Of a stretch of 64,000 bases of DNA, positions 39,401-47,621 are shown piece after piece. Position 1 is the first letter of the stretch, and each line of letters begins with the position of its first letter. This stretch comes from Candidatus Eiseniibacteriota bacterium (GTDB lineage: Bacteria > Eisenbacteria > RBG-16-71-46 > CAZAMP01), in NCBI GenBank assembly GCA_965224245.1, contig OZ245046.1:2304001-2368000 (forward strand). Direction: 5' to 3'. The notes below the pieces were generated by a model. That model did no database searches and was not told where the DNA came from. It saw only the letters and a program-made list of their open reading frames with translations. A program made the position numbers and the translations under genes.

Positions 39401-39835
39401 CCAGATGCCCTCGTCGGTGAGATCGATGGACGACCATCCCTGCAGCGTGCCCTCCTCGAAGTCCCAGACCCCGCCCTCGACGGCGAGGCCGGTGACGACG
39501 TCGACTCCGCCGTACCACGTGGTGTCCAGGAGCGCCGCGCTCGCGCGAGCGTGCGCGAGAGCCGCCTCCGGGGGATCGAAGCGCTCGTCGACGGTGCCGC
39601 GCGGAGCAACGTCCAGACGCTCGCGGACCGGAGACTTCGCGACGGCGCCGCTCGCCATCAAGACGGACGCGAGGACGATTCCGATGCAGTGCGCTCCGGG
39701 TGGGCGGCGTCCGATCGAGCGGCGTCCGATCGAGCGGCGCCCCGTCGAGCGGCGCCCGGCCGAGCGGCGTCCATTCGGGCCACGTCCCACCGGGTGTGAC
39801 CGCGTCGAGAGACGTCGCCGCGCACGAGGACTCAT
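36479..39835 (-). CDS. large secreted protein with FlgD-Ig/T9SS-like C-terminus (paralogue B)
   Basis: Colinear with and highly similar to 33082-36381 over its full length; ATG 39835 follows GGAG. Confidence 0.8.
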   Translation of the reverse strand: MSPRARRRLSTRSHPVGRGPNGRRSAGRRSTGRRSIGRRSIGRRPPGAHCIGIVLASVLMASGAVAKSPVRERLDVAPRGTVDERFDPPEAALAHARASAALLDTTWYGGVDVVTGLAVEGGVWDFEEGTLQGWSSIDLTDEGIWFRHVTADSCAAHLTTPCPVITEGGSTGSMWVGAHEDEARALCWPGGAGYTNNWDQYLTKTFTYGGGTVTLDFDYFTDSETQFDYTYVYTRVDGVWSLPLNSSAWESPEGWGYSGNHQEGTAIGSPDAPAHDEIEIQVGDLPDVGGEFDVVFCFASDPLVSDGLDSFSGYLNSRYGPFGVDDVHVAGTGLDDLATFEPDETPTDGWVAEAADPIGAYLFVSPLEDLQPIEETCACPVEGHVMLAAVTDGSNWPHPDEQREEIGSNPVYVGPGSGVHGLRKLFRWDVWEDTPTSNGVGYRVTMDYYPWTCPTTGVVGWTLQPAGEGSYIFSGLGGAHCTTLQVDNSEFVPAEVDSIRAVFVLLSECDDFGTAYCTGPEQTNHSPYWDNVRLGFFDLPESPLSIALAFQDAYPRVNSLHPASPIDVNVPINLRDPLEPMALLGDSAVVIGEEGIEAYLNFRVRPGPALDLGHPFFTDPRNEPGSDPLFPGWAKARLDTAETATGVDPDRFATYYWPDGQESRATSKVIPDGLFTPGTTVEYFFTGRAPGAIEESFAPDTTGGFFLEMEALPGYGTFGGEVLAPMVLYVDAFDTGAQRVIEGDGLRPHLGTSIDDEGLAHDRWDRYDYQRPDPGADVALARQVGGENGMTRYQSLMYRTVLYNSGRAGVIQDEDAALLTHWLDTDAFDRWSVARGLWLSGDDMAAHLAAGDRPAANALLADYAMAELASGFYFANGDRSLCVRLDRGPGAHFPMTADSYASVWGNGCRRRIDLDVLRAIGDGAENLLYVDQDDDLATLVASVSNERLAPGYPVNYTVLLDAFSLHHLRSTPDGWTGTVCGEDRAAVTRRVEDVFTWMNVPTGSGALWNPEDIVVAANEAPASTPRRTVLQGSSPNPFNPQTTIRFDLAHDTHIRLEVFDVTGRHVRTLIDEMRAADRHVVVWDGRDDGGAAVGSGIYWARLVTARGFRGATKLVMLR
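39704..39772. repeat. 15-bp tandem repeat (GCGGCGTCCGATCGA, about 4.6 copies) encoding GRRS[IAT]
   Basis: Units start at 39704, 39719, 39734, 39749 and 39764. Confidence 0.85.
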
Positions 39836-39855
39836 GTCCGTCTCCCCCGTCCCTC

Positions 39856-42800
39856 TCAACGGACCCTCACGACTCGAAGCGGGCCCACGTCCGGACGATC
39901 GTCCAGCTTCAGGAAGTACACGCCGGCCGCCACGGGCAGATCGCGCGCACCGGGCCAGAGCGTCGGCCGGGTCGTGGAGACCGGCACCCGGGCCACGCGT
40001 CGCCCCGCGACGTCGTACACGTCGACCCACGCCGTCGACCGCACACGCGCGGACCCTCCGACCAGCGACAGCCGGAGCGCGGCCCGGAACGGATTCGGTC
40101 CCACCGTCAGCCGAAGGCGCTCGGCGCCGGGCTCGTCGTCGACGCCGATCGTCGTGCAGCCCTCCCCGAGGGCGCCCACGCGTTCGCCGCACGGGCTCGC
40201 CGCGGGAAGGCACGGAGAGGTGTCGGCCAGTCTGAGATCGCCGCCGGCCACGTCGCACAGGAGCGGGTCCAGCGAGAAGTTGTCGTCGATGCCGTCGAGC
40301 CCCGCCATGCATCCGGTCCAGTCGCCGCCGGAGTTTCCGTAGATGTCGGTGCAGGTGGCGCTCGGCGTCTGCGTACTCGTGCAGCGGACCGCCTCGTCCC
40401 CGGAGTTCCAGGCCACGAGCGTGCGCTCGAGATGCACCGTGCCCCCGCCCCCCTCGACGTACACGGCGGCGCCCTGGTCGGCCTCGTTCGAGACGAGCGT
40501 GCAGCCGATCAGGACCGGCGCGCACTGGCGTGCCCGGAGCGCGCCGCCGATCGGTGACGTGTTGCCGTAAGCCACGCAGTCGATGAACGTGGGCGTGCAG
40601 TCGTCGTCGGCCGACATGGCACCGCCGGCAGTGTTCGCGTGGTTGTTCCGGAAGACGCAGCCCTCGATGGTGGGGGACGCCCTGGACGACGCGGCCACGG
40701 CGGCGCCGAAGTGGGTCACCCAGGCGCCCTGGATCGTGAGATTCTGGACGCGAGTGAGGACGCCCTCGCCCTGACGAAACCAGATGCCGCGGTGGGCCTC
40801 GCCGGGCGTTCCGCCCACGTCCAGGATGCACGCGGCCGGGTCGCCGCTCAGCGAGCGAAGGGTGACCGTCTTCGCCCGGAAGTCGAGATCGCGGTTGCCG
40901 TCGCCGGTGTAGACGCCGTCGGCGAGCGCGATCGCGTGCCCCGACGGCACCGCGTCGATCGCGGCCTGGATCGTGGAGAACTCCCCCGTCCCGTCGTCCT
41001 CGAGGACGTGCACCACCGGACCATCGGGGTCGCAGCCCTCCCCGAGCGCGCCGATCACGCCGCAGTCGGCGCCGTCGGGGTGCTGACCGGGCAGGCACGG
41101 CGACCCGGCCAGGAGACCCACGTCGACGAGACCCGGCTCACAGAACAGCGGATCGGCGGAGAAGTTGCCGTCCACGCCGATCTGGTCCCAGATGGACCCC
41201 GTCCAGTCCCCGTCGGTGTTGCCGAAGACGTCGCTGCAGGACAGTGAGGCTCCGGTGCCGCCGACCGCGTCCCCTGCGCCGTTGAAGGCGACGATCGAAG
41301 CCGAGATCGTCGCCGTGGCGTCGGTGTCGGTCCCGATGGCGCTGCCGGAGTCTCCGGCGCGATTGTCGACGAAGGTGCACCGGTCGACGACCACCGCCGA
41401 GCCGGCGCTCGCGCCGAGACCGCCGCCGACGCCGCCGTCGGCGAGGTTCGCGAAGAACACCGAGCCGACGACCGTGGGCGCGCTATCCCACGAGTGAAGG
41501 GCACCGCCGTCGTCCCCGGCTCGGTTGTCGATGAACCGGCAGGACTCCACGACCGGCGCCGCGCCGCCGGTGCAGTAGAGCGCGCCTCCGTCGGCCGTGC
41601 CGCCGGCCTCGTTGCCGACGAAGTCCACGTTGCGGAGCGTGGGCGACGCGGAGATGCAGCGCACGGCGCCGCCGCATCCCGTGGGACAGCCCCCGCTGAC
41701 GCGGCCGCCGGTCAGCGTGACCCCCTCGAGGACCGAGCCCGACCCCTCGCCGAGATCGAACGACACGAGCCGGGATCCGCCCTCGCCGTCGAGGATGCAG
41801 GTTCCGGGATCGCCCGAGATCGAACGTACGACGATCGCCTTCCCGAGGTACGACAGGTCGACGTTGCCGGGGCCGGCGAACCGGCCGTCGCCGAGCGCCA
41901 CCGTGTCCGAGGTGGCGGCGGCGAGAATCGCGTCCTGGATCGTCGGCAGGTCGCCGCTCCCGTCGGGGTGCACGACGTACGTGACCGCACCCGTGTACAC
42001 GCAGCCCTCGTCCCGCGCGCCGATCCGGTCGCAGGCGGCGCCGTCGGGATGCTGTCCGGGCAGACACGGCGAGTCGCTCCGGAGCGTGAGGTCTCGCGCC
42101 AGGAGATCGCAGAAGATCGGATCCGCCGAGATGTTCCCGTCCACGCCGAGCTGGCCGGCGATGGCGCCGGTCCAGCTGCCACCCACGTTGACCGCGAGAT
42201 CCGAGCAGGTGAGAGATGCGGCGCCGGTGATGGCGCCGCCGCCCGCGGTGTAGGCGATGATGGATCGGTCGACGGTCAGCGTGGACGCGGACACGTCGAT
42301 CGCACCGCCATCGGTGGCCAGGTTGCCCACGAACGTGGAGGTCGCGATGGCCACGTCGGCGCCGGTCGAGAGCCGGAGCGCGCCGCCCCGCCCGCTCGGT
42401 GACCCGTTGTCCACGAATACCGACCCGACGATGGTCCCCGTCGAGCTGTTCCAGCCCATGGCGCCGCCGAACACGTCGGACACGTTGCCCTCGAGCGTGC
42501 ACCCGTCGAGGGTCACGCTGGAGAGGTGGATCCACATCGCGCCCCCGCTCCCCGCGGTGCAGTCGACGACGTGCGTGTCCTCGAACCGCGTGGTCGCGTT
42601 CCGGCAGTAGACCGCGCCGCCGGCCAGCACCGCCTCGTGGCTCTCCAGCACGCAGTCACGGATCGTGGGGCCGGCGCCGTTGCAGAACATGGCGCCGCCG
42701 CGACCGTCGTCGCCGCTGCCGCCCGCGTATCCGTTCCGGATCGTGATCGACTCGACGACGGTGCCGGCACCTTCACCGGTGACGAAGGACATCGCGCGAT

Positions 42801-43092
42801 CGAGCCCCACGCCGTCGGTCTCGCAGTCGAGGATGCACGCGTCCCGGTCACCCGTCTGCGAGCGCACGGTGATCGCCTTGCCCAGGAAGTCGAGGTTGCG
42901 ATTGCCGGGGCCGGTGAAGACGCCGTCGGTCAGCTCGACGACGTCGCCGTCGGAGGCGGCGGCGATGGCGTCGGCGATGGTGGCCACGTCGCCTGTGCCG
43001 TCGGGATGGACGACGATCACGTCGGCCGACGCGAGGGCCGGGAGGAGGACGGCGAGGGACAGCCCCGTGGCGCATGGACGGCTCGGACGCAC
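39856..43092 (-). CDS. three-module right-handed beta-helix (Pmp/pectin-lyase-like) protein with T9SS-like C-terminus
   Basis: Three repeats of V.PDG.GD..TI..AI...G.GN..LDF.GKAI / GGA...F..N / GN.S.DP.FC..SPCLP; GPNPF...AGVYFL. Confidence 0.85.
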   Translation of the reverse strand: MRPSRPCATGLSLAVLLPALASADVIVVHPDGTGDVATIADAIAAASDGDVVELTDGVFTGPGNRNLDFLGKAITVRSQTGDRDACILDCETDGVGLDRAMSFVTGEGAGTVVESITIRNGYAGGSGDDGRGGAMFCNGAGPTIRDCVLESHEAVLAGGAVYCRNATTRFEDTHVVDCTAGSGGAMWIHLSSVTLDGCTLEGNVSDVFGGAMGWNSSTGTIVGSVFVDNGSPSGRGGALRLSTGADVAIATSTFVGNLATDGGAIDVSASTLTVDRSIIAYTAGGGAITGAASLTCSDLAVNVGGSWTGAIAGQLGVDGNISADPIFCDLLARDLTLRSDSPCLPGQHPDGAACDRIGARDEGCVYTGAVTYVVHPDGSGDLPTIQDAILAAATSDTVALGDGRFAGPGNVDLSYLGKAIVVRSISGDPGTCILDGEGGSRLVSFDLGEGSGSVLEGVTLTGGRVSGGCPTGCGGAVRCISASPTLRNVDFVGNEAGGTADGGALYCTGGAAPVVESCRFIDNRAGDDGGALHSWDSAPTVVGSVFFANLADGGVGGGLGASAGSAVVVDRCTFVDNRAGDSGSAIGTDTDATATISASIVAFNGAGDAVGGTGASLSCSDVFGNTDGDWTGSIWDQIGVDGNFSADPLFCEPGLVDVGLLAGSPCLPGQHPDGADCGVIGALGEGCDPDGPVVHVLEDDGTGEFSTIQAAIDAVPSGHAIALADGVYTGDGNRDLDFRAKTVTLRSLSGDPAACILDVGGTPGEAHRGIWFRQGEGVLTRVQNLTIQGAWVTHFGAAVAASSRASPTIEGCVFRNNHANTAGGAMSADDDCTPTFIDCVAYGNTSPIGGALRARQCAPVLIGCTLVSNEADQGAAVYVEGGGGTVHLERTLVAWNSGDEAVRCTSTQTPSATCTDIYGNSGGDWTGCMAGLDGIDDNFSLDPLLCDVAGGDLRLADTSPCLPAASPCGERVGALGEGCTTIGVDDEPGAERLRLTVGPNPFRAALRLSLVGGSARVRSTAWVDVYDVAGRRVARVPVSTTRPTLWPGARDLPVAAGVYFLKLDDRPDVGPLRVVRVR

Positions 43093-43315
43093 GACGGACC
43101 CCCACGGGTTCGGAGGACGTCGGGAGTCTACCAGAGCGACGAGGATCGCGTCATGATCTCACCGCATGGTGATCGTCGACGAGCGACCGCGGGGCGTTCA
43201 CCGACAGGAATCGAACGCCCATCGACCGCAGCTGCTATCGTCGCGCTTGCCGATCGACTCGACAGCACGCGACCGAGTGTGACGGAACGCGACCGGACGC
43301 GGCCCAGGCGAACGC

Positions 43316-44587
43316 ATGATGCCCATCGACCCGACACAGCACGAGATCGCCGAGCTCTTCCGGCGCGAGTCCGGACGGCTCACGTCGGTCCTCACGCGTC
43401 TCCTCGGTCCCCACAACCTCGAGCTGGCCGAGGACGTCGTGCAGGAGTCGTTTGCCGCGGCGCTGACGCACTGGTCGGACGACGGCGTCCCCGACAATCC
43501 GAGCGCCTGGCTCCTCACGACGGCACGCAACCGCGTCATCGACGTGATCCGCCGCGAGCGCACGCGCCGCACGTTCGCCGACGATCTGGTCCGTTACCTC
43601 GACAGCGACTGGACGCTGAGCGCCACCGTCGACGACGCCTTCGACGAGGACGGCATCCGCGACGATCAGCTCCGGATGATCTTCATGTGCTGCCACGAGT
43701 CGCTGACCCTGGAGAACCGGATCACGCTCATCCTGAAGGTGCTCTCCGGGCTCAGCGTGCCCGCGATCGCACGCGCGCTCCTGACCACCGAGGCCACGAT
43801 CAACAAACGCCTCTACCGAACGCGACGGCGCCTCGAGGGCGTGGCGTTCGCGCTGCCGCCGCCCGATGTGAGGCGGGCCGCGCTCGACACCGTGCATACG
43901 GTGCTCTACCTCGTGTTCAACGAAGGTCATCTGTCGACGAGCCGCGAGCCGATCCTGCGCGAGCTCTGCGGCGACGCGATGATGCTGACACGCATGCTCG
44001 TCGACACACCGGGCCTCGGCAACGCGGACACCGTCGCACTCCTGGCGCTGATGTCGCTGAACGCGGCGCGCCTCGACGCACGGCTCGACGAGGACGGCGC
44101 CCTGGTGCCGCTCGACCGACAGGACCGCTCGAGGTGGAACCGATCGCTGATCACCGAGGGGTTCCGGTACCTCCAGCGCGCGTCCCGGATGGAGGCCACG
44201 ATGGCCGGGCGCTATCACCTGGAGGCCGCCATCGCAGCGCGTCACTCGTCGGCCGCGTCGTTCGCGGAGACCGACTGGGTCTCGATCTGCAATCTCTACG
44301 ACCGACTCCTCGAGGTGAGCCCGAGCCCGATGACGGCGCTGAACCGCGCGGTGGCGATCTCGTATCGCGACGGTCCCGCGGCCGCGATCCCCATGGTCGA
44401 GGCGCTCGGGCGCGATGGATCCGGGGTTCCGCGCCACACGCTGGCCGCGGTGCTGGGCAATCTCCATGCGCGGGCGGGATCGGTCCTTCGCGCGCGCGAG
44501 TGCCTCGACGATGCGCTCGCGACGGCGCCGACCGATCCCGATCGCGCGATGATCCGGGGCCAGATCGACCGCCTGCCCGGGGCATAG
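43316..44587 (+). CDS. ECF sigma factor with C-terminal extension/TPR (ECF42-like)
   Basis: LAEDVVQE, GVPDNPSAWL, DDQLRMIFMCCH, LYLVFNEG, QDRSRW, YHLEAAIAA, LNRAVA. Confidence 0.88.
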   Translation: MMPIDPTQHEIAELFRRESGRLTSVLTRLLGPHNLELAEDVVQESFAAALTHWSDDGVPDNPSAWLLTTARNRVIDVIRRERTRRTFADDLVRYLDSDWTLSATVDDAFDEDGIRDDQLRMIFMCCHESLTLENRITLILKVLSGLSVPAIARALLTTEATINKRLYRTRRRLEGVAFALPPPDVRRAALDTVHTVLYLVFNEGHLSTSREPILRELCGDAMMLTRMLVDTPGLGNADTVALLALMSLNAARLDARLDEDGALVPLDRQDRSRWNRSLITEGFRYLQRASRMEATMAGRYHLEAAIAARHSSAASFAETDWVSICNLYDRLLEVSPSPMTALNRAVAISYRDGPAAAIPMVEALGRDGSGVPRHTLAAVLGNLHARAGSVLRARECLDDALATAPTDPDRAMIRGQIDRLPGA

Positions 44588-44619
44588 CCCCGAGAGGCGG
44601 CCGGTCCCGGTGTGGCGAC

Positions 44620-44997
44620 TCAGGAGCCCCGCGTGTACTCCTCGGCCGTCATCACGCGGCGCACGAGCACCCGGCCGTCGGGGTTGTTTCGGAGGAACGG
44701 GCACCCCTTGGCCAGCTCGGTCGCGTGATCGAGCGACTCGGCCTGGATGACCGAGAAGCCGCCGATCAGCTCCTTGACCTCCGGCAGCGTGGTGTCGGTC
44801 ACGATGTCGGCGCCCCGCTTCCGCAGCGTCGCCGTGTCGGACTTCAGCGCCGCGCCGGGATTGCGGAGGTTGCCGGAGGTCTCGAGCTCCTTGAACCACG
44901 CGCCCCACTGCTCCATGACGGCCTGGAGCTCCGCCGGGGTCGCATTCGTCATCCAGTCGGGATCACCGCCCTGGTACAGAAGTAGATACTCGGTCAC
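44620..44997 (-). CDS. YciI/DGPF-like family protein
   Basis: GAGGAG RBS and GTG; YLLLY..W.AW..L..G, EVKELIGGFSVIQAESLDHATELAKGCP. Confidence 0.85.
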   Translation of the reverse strand: MTEYLLLYQGGDPDWMTNATPAELQAVMEQWGAWFKELETSGNLRNPGAALKSDTATLRKRGADIVTDTTLPEVKELIGGFSVIQAESLDHATELAKGCPFLRNNPDGRVLVRRVMTAEEYTRGS

Positions 44998-45278
44998 GTC
45001 TCTCTCCTCGGTTCGGATCGTTCGTGTCGTCGACAGTATGTCTCGGAATGCGCGTTCCGATCCAATGACGATCGGGCGGGGTGAAATGGGACAGCGTGTC
45101 CGAGTTTTTGTCGTACTCCAGGCGTGCGGGGAGCCGTCGAGGCGCGTCGCGTCACGAGACGCCGGCGGCGACGTCGAGCCTCGTGCACGGGTCGGCCCGC
45201 ACGTGCAGCACGTCGTTCTGCCGGAGGTGCCGGTGCTCGTGCACCCGGGTATTGCGGTTCGACCAGCGTGGGCGCTAC

Positions 45279-45515
45279 GGCTCGGGGTGGGCGCCTCGGG
45301 GCTCGGGGTGGGCGCCTCGGGGCTCGGGGTGGGCGCCTCGGGGCTCGGGGTAAGCGCTGTGCGGCTCGGGGTGAGCGCCTCGCGGCTCGAGGTGAGCGCC
45401 TCACGGCTCGGGGTAAGCGCCTCGCGGCTCGGGGTGAGCGCCTCGCGGCTCGGGGTGAGCGCCTCGCGGCTCGAGGTGAGCGCCTCACGGCTCGGGGTCA
45501 GTACCTCGTGGCTCC
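45279..45515. repeat. 21-bp tandem repeat, 11 copies (consensus GGCTCGGGGTGAGCGCCTCGC)
   Basis: Units at 45279+21n through 45509; no spacers. Confidence 0.95.
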
Positions 45516-45751
45516 GGATGAGCGTGGCCAAGGGTCAGTACGTGAAGGCGCGGGGGCGGTGGGCGCCGAGGGCGCGGACCGAGCGTCGTGCGGCACGCGC
45601 TTTGACGGATCGCCCGGTGTCTTGCGCGGCCACACGACCGGATCGTCCTGGATCGATCGCCACGGCGGGTTGACGACCCTCGGCGGTCGGCGCGGCAACG
45701 ATCCAGGCACACCTGGCAGCCTGTAACCTATTGTGTACAATCGCTTTATGC

Positions 45752-45780
45752 TTGACTTCGCCCGACGGTTCCGGTAGCCT
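45752..45780 (+). promoter_or_regulatory. putative sigma70 promoter TTGACT-N17-TAGCCT
   Basis: Near-consensus hexamers preceded by an AT-rich patch at 45722-45750 containing ATTG-TGTA-CAAT. Confidence 0.55.
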
Positions 45781-46016
45781 CCTCAGGTCGATCAGCCCCA
45801 GGTCGGCGAAGCACTCTCCCCTGTCGATCGAGCAGTTGCCCCGGTTCCTTCGCCGCGCACGCCCCGGGCGATGGCGTTCATCGGTCGATCTCCGTCAGCG
45901 CCGATTGATGACGCGGCTCCGTTCGCTCGGGTCGGCCGGTCGTCCGAGGCTCAACACCGTCGACTGAGGGGTGCATCATGCGGGTGTCCAGGTCCGACTC
46001 ATCGCGGGTCGCGAAC

Positions 46017-47555
46017 ATGTCCAGCACGAACACGAACCGTCTTCAGGGGACGAACGCGCAGCGCGACGCGCGCTCCCGTCTTCAGGGGACGAACGCCGGG
46101 CGCGAGGCGCGCTCCCATCGCGCCTGCCGGCGTCTGGAGCGCGTGCGACGTCTGGAAGGCCGCGCGAGCGTCGCGGTCGCGCTGTCGTTCGCCGAGATCG
46201 ACGCCGAGCACCACTATCGCGTGCTCGGCTTCACCTCGATGCTGGCGTACGCGATGGAGCGACTGGAGATGTCGGCGTCGCGGTGTCATCAGCTGCGGGG
46301 GCTGTCCGAGCGGATGCGGGAGTTCCCGGCGCTCCGCGACGCGATGGCGTCGGGCCGGCTGAGCTGGACGAAGGCGCGCGCGATCGCCCCGATCCTGACC
46401 GCCTCGTCCGCGGATGCGTGGATCGGGCTGGCGTCGCGCCTGTCGCGTCGGGAGCTGGAGCAGCGGATCGCGGACGCCCGGGGGGCGGCGCGGCGTGCGG
46501 TCGGTGGCGGGGCGCAGGAGACGATCCGGGTCGATCCGGTGCCGGCGAAGCCATCGTCACGAGGGGACGCGGCGGCGTCGCCGACGATCGGCGCGGCCGA
46601 CGTCGCGCGGGCCGCCGATGAGGCCATCGCGGCCGATCTCGCCAACGCGGACAGCATCGCCGTGTCCGGCGCCGGCGCGGACGCGGTGGCTGACTCGGCC
46701 GCAGCGGTCGACTCCGCCGCGGGGACCAACTCCACCGTCGCGGACGACTGCCCTTCGGTGGCCGACTCGGTCGCGGACGTCGACTCGGTCGCTGGGGTCG
46801 GCGATGCGGCCGTGACATCGGCGCCGACGCTCGAGGTGACTCTCGAGCTGCGCGTGCGGCTCGACACCCTCTCCCATGCGCACGCCGAGGCCGCGTGGGA
46901 GCACGCCCGGAAGCACGGGTTCCGGGGCTCGAAGGCGGAGTTCGTCGTCGCGGCGATGGCGATGTTCGCGAACGCCCTGTCGTCGGGGTCGGCGCCTCGG
47001 TCGACGTCGGCGGAAGCGGCGGCTCGGTCGACGGCGCCGTCTTCCTCATCCCCGTCGGCTTCCTCATCCCGCGTGCCTCCGTCGTCTCCGGCGTCGGCGT
47101 CGTCGGCAGCGTCCTCCTCGGCGTCATGCTCCACGCCGTCTTCCTCGTCGTCGGCGATGGTGGCAGAGGCGGGACCGCGGTCGTGCTATCAGATCGTCGT
47201 CCAGGACTGTCCGACCTGTCATCGGGCGCGCGTCGGCGATCGTCCGCTCAACGATGTCATGCGCCGGGCCATTCTCGCCGACGCGGACGTCGTCGACGCT
47301 CGCGGTCGGCGGCGCGCCAGCATCGCGCCGAGCCTGCGGCGACGCGTGCTCGCGCGCGACGAGCACCGATGCCGTGTACCCGGGTGCAACAGCCGTCATC
47401 ACCTCGCGGTGCATCATCGGCTGCCCGTGGAGCGCGGGGGTCGGAACACGATGGAGAACCTGGCCACGGTGTGCTGGCGCTGTCACGCCGCGTTGCACGC
47501 GATGCCGGTGGCCGCGGCGCGCGAGGTATGGCTCGTCGCGCGACGGCGTGAGTGA
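46017..47555 (+). CDS. HNH endonuclease with DUF222-like helical N-terminus (start 45978 or 46017)
   Basis: FAEID..HYRVLGFTSM..Y, GRLSWTKARAI; CPTC; IAPSLRRRVLARDEHRCRVPGC..LAVHH..GGRNTMENLATVCWRCH. Confidence 0.85.
   Translation: MSSTNTNRLQGTNAQRDARSRLQGTNAGREARSHRACRRLERVRRLEGRASVAVALSFAEIDAEHHYRVLGFTSMLAYAMERLEMSASRCHQLRGLSERMREFPALRDAMASGRLSWTKARAIAPILTASSADAWIGLASRLSRRELEQRIADARGAARRAVGGGAQETIRVDPVPAKPSSRGDAAASPTIGAADVARAADEAIAADLANADSIAVSGAGADAVADSAAAVDSAAGTNSTVADDCPSVADSVADVDSVAGVGDAAVTSAPTLEVTLELRVRLDTLSHAHAEAAWEHARKHGFRGSKAEFVVAAMAMFANALSSGSAPRSTSAEAAARSTAPSSSSPSASSSRVPPSSPASASSAASSSASCSTPSSSSSAMVAEAGPRSCYQIVVQDCPTCHRARVGDRPLNDVMRRAILADADVVDARGRRRASIAPSLRRRVLARDEHRCRVPGCNSRHHLAVHHRLPVERGGRNTMENLATVCWRCHAALHAMPVAAAREVWLVARRRE
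46037..46116. repeat. 39-bp tandem duplication at the 5' end of the HNH gene
   Basis: CCGTCTTCAGGGGACGAACGC starts at both 46037 and 46076. Confidence 0.85.
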
Positions 47556-47621
47556 CCGCGAGTCGTCGCACAACGGAACGAGCCCACGCGCCGGGTGCGG
47601 GAGCCGTCTCCCGCGTGCGCA

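Noticed and set aside
33082-39835. Diversity-generating retroelement TR/VR pair
   Set aside because: Similarity spans whole genes, differences are not adenine-specific, and no reverse transcriptase is present in the window.
36479-41098. 1539-aa ORF
   Set aside because: The first ~420 codons are an off-frame overlap of the beta-helix gene. Similar false extensions affect the ORFs at 2860-6219, 10932-13106, 48039-50906 and 49454-52090.
45279-45515. CRISPR array
   Set aside because: Units are contiguous with no unique spacers, and there are no cas genes in the window.
44620-45531. 303-aa repeat-YciI fusion as given in the ORF track
   Set aside because: A clear GAGGAG RBS and GTG at 44997 starts a normal-length YciI; the upstream part looks like an incidental open frame.
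46017-47555. IscB/Cas9/TnpB-type nuclease or IS transposase
   Set aside because: No RuvC, PLMP or DDE motifs seen; only a C-terminal HNH. No terminal inverted repeats or target duplication identified by eye.
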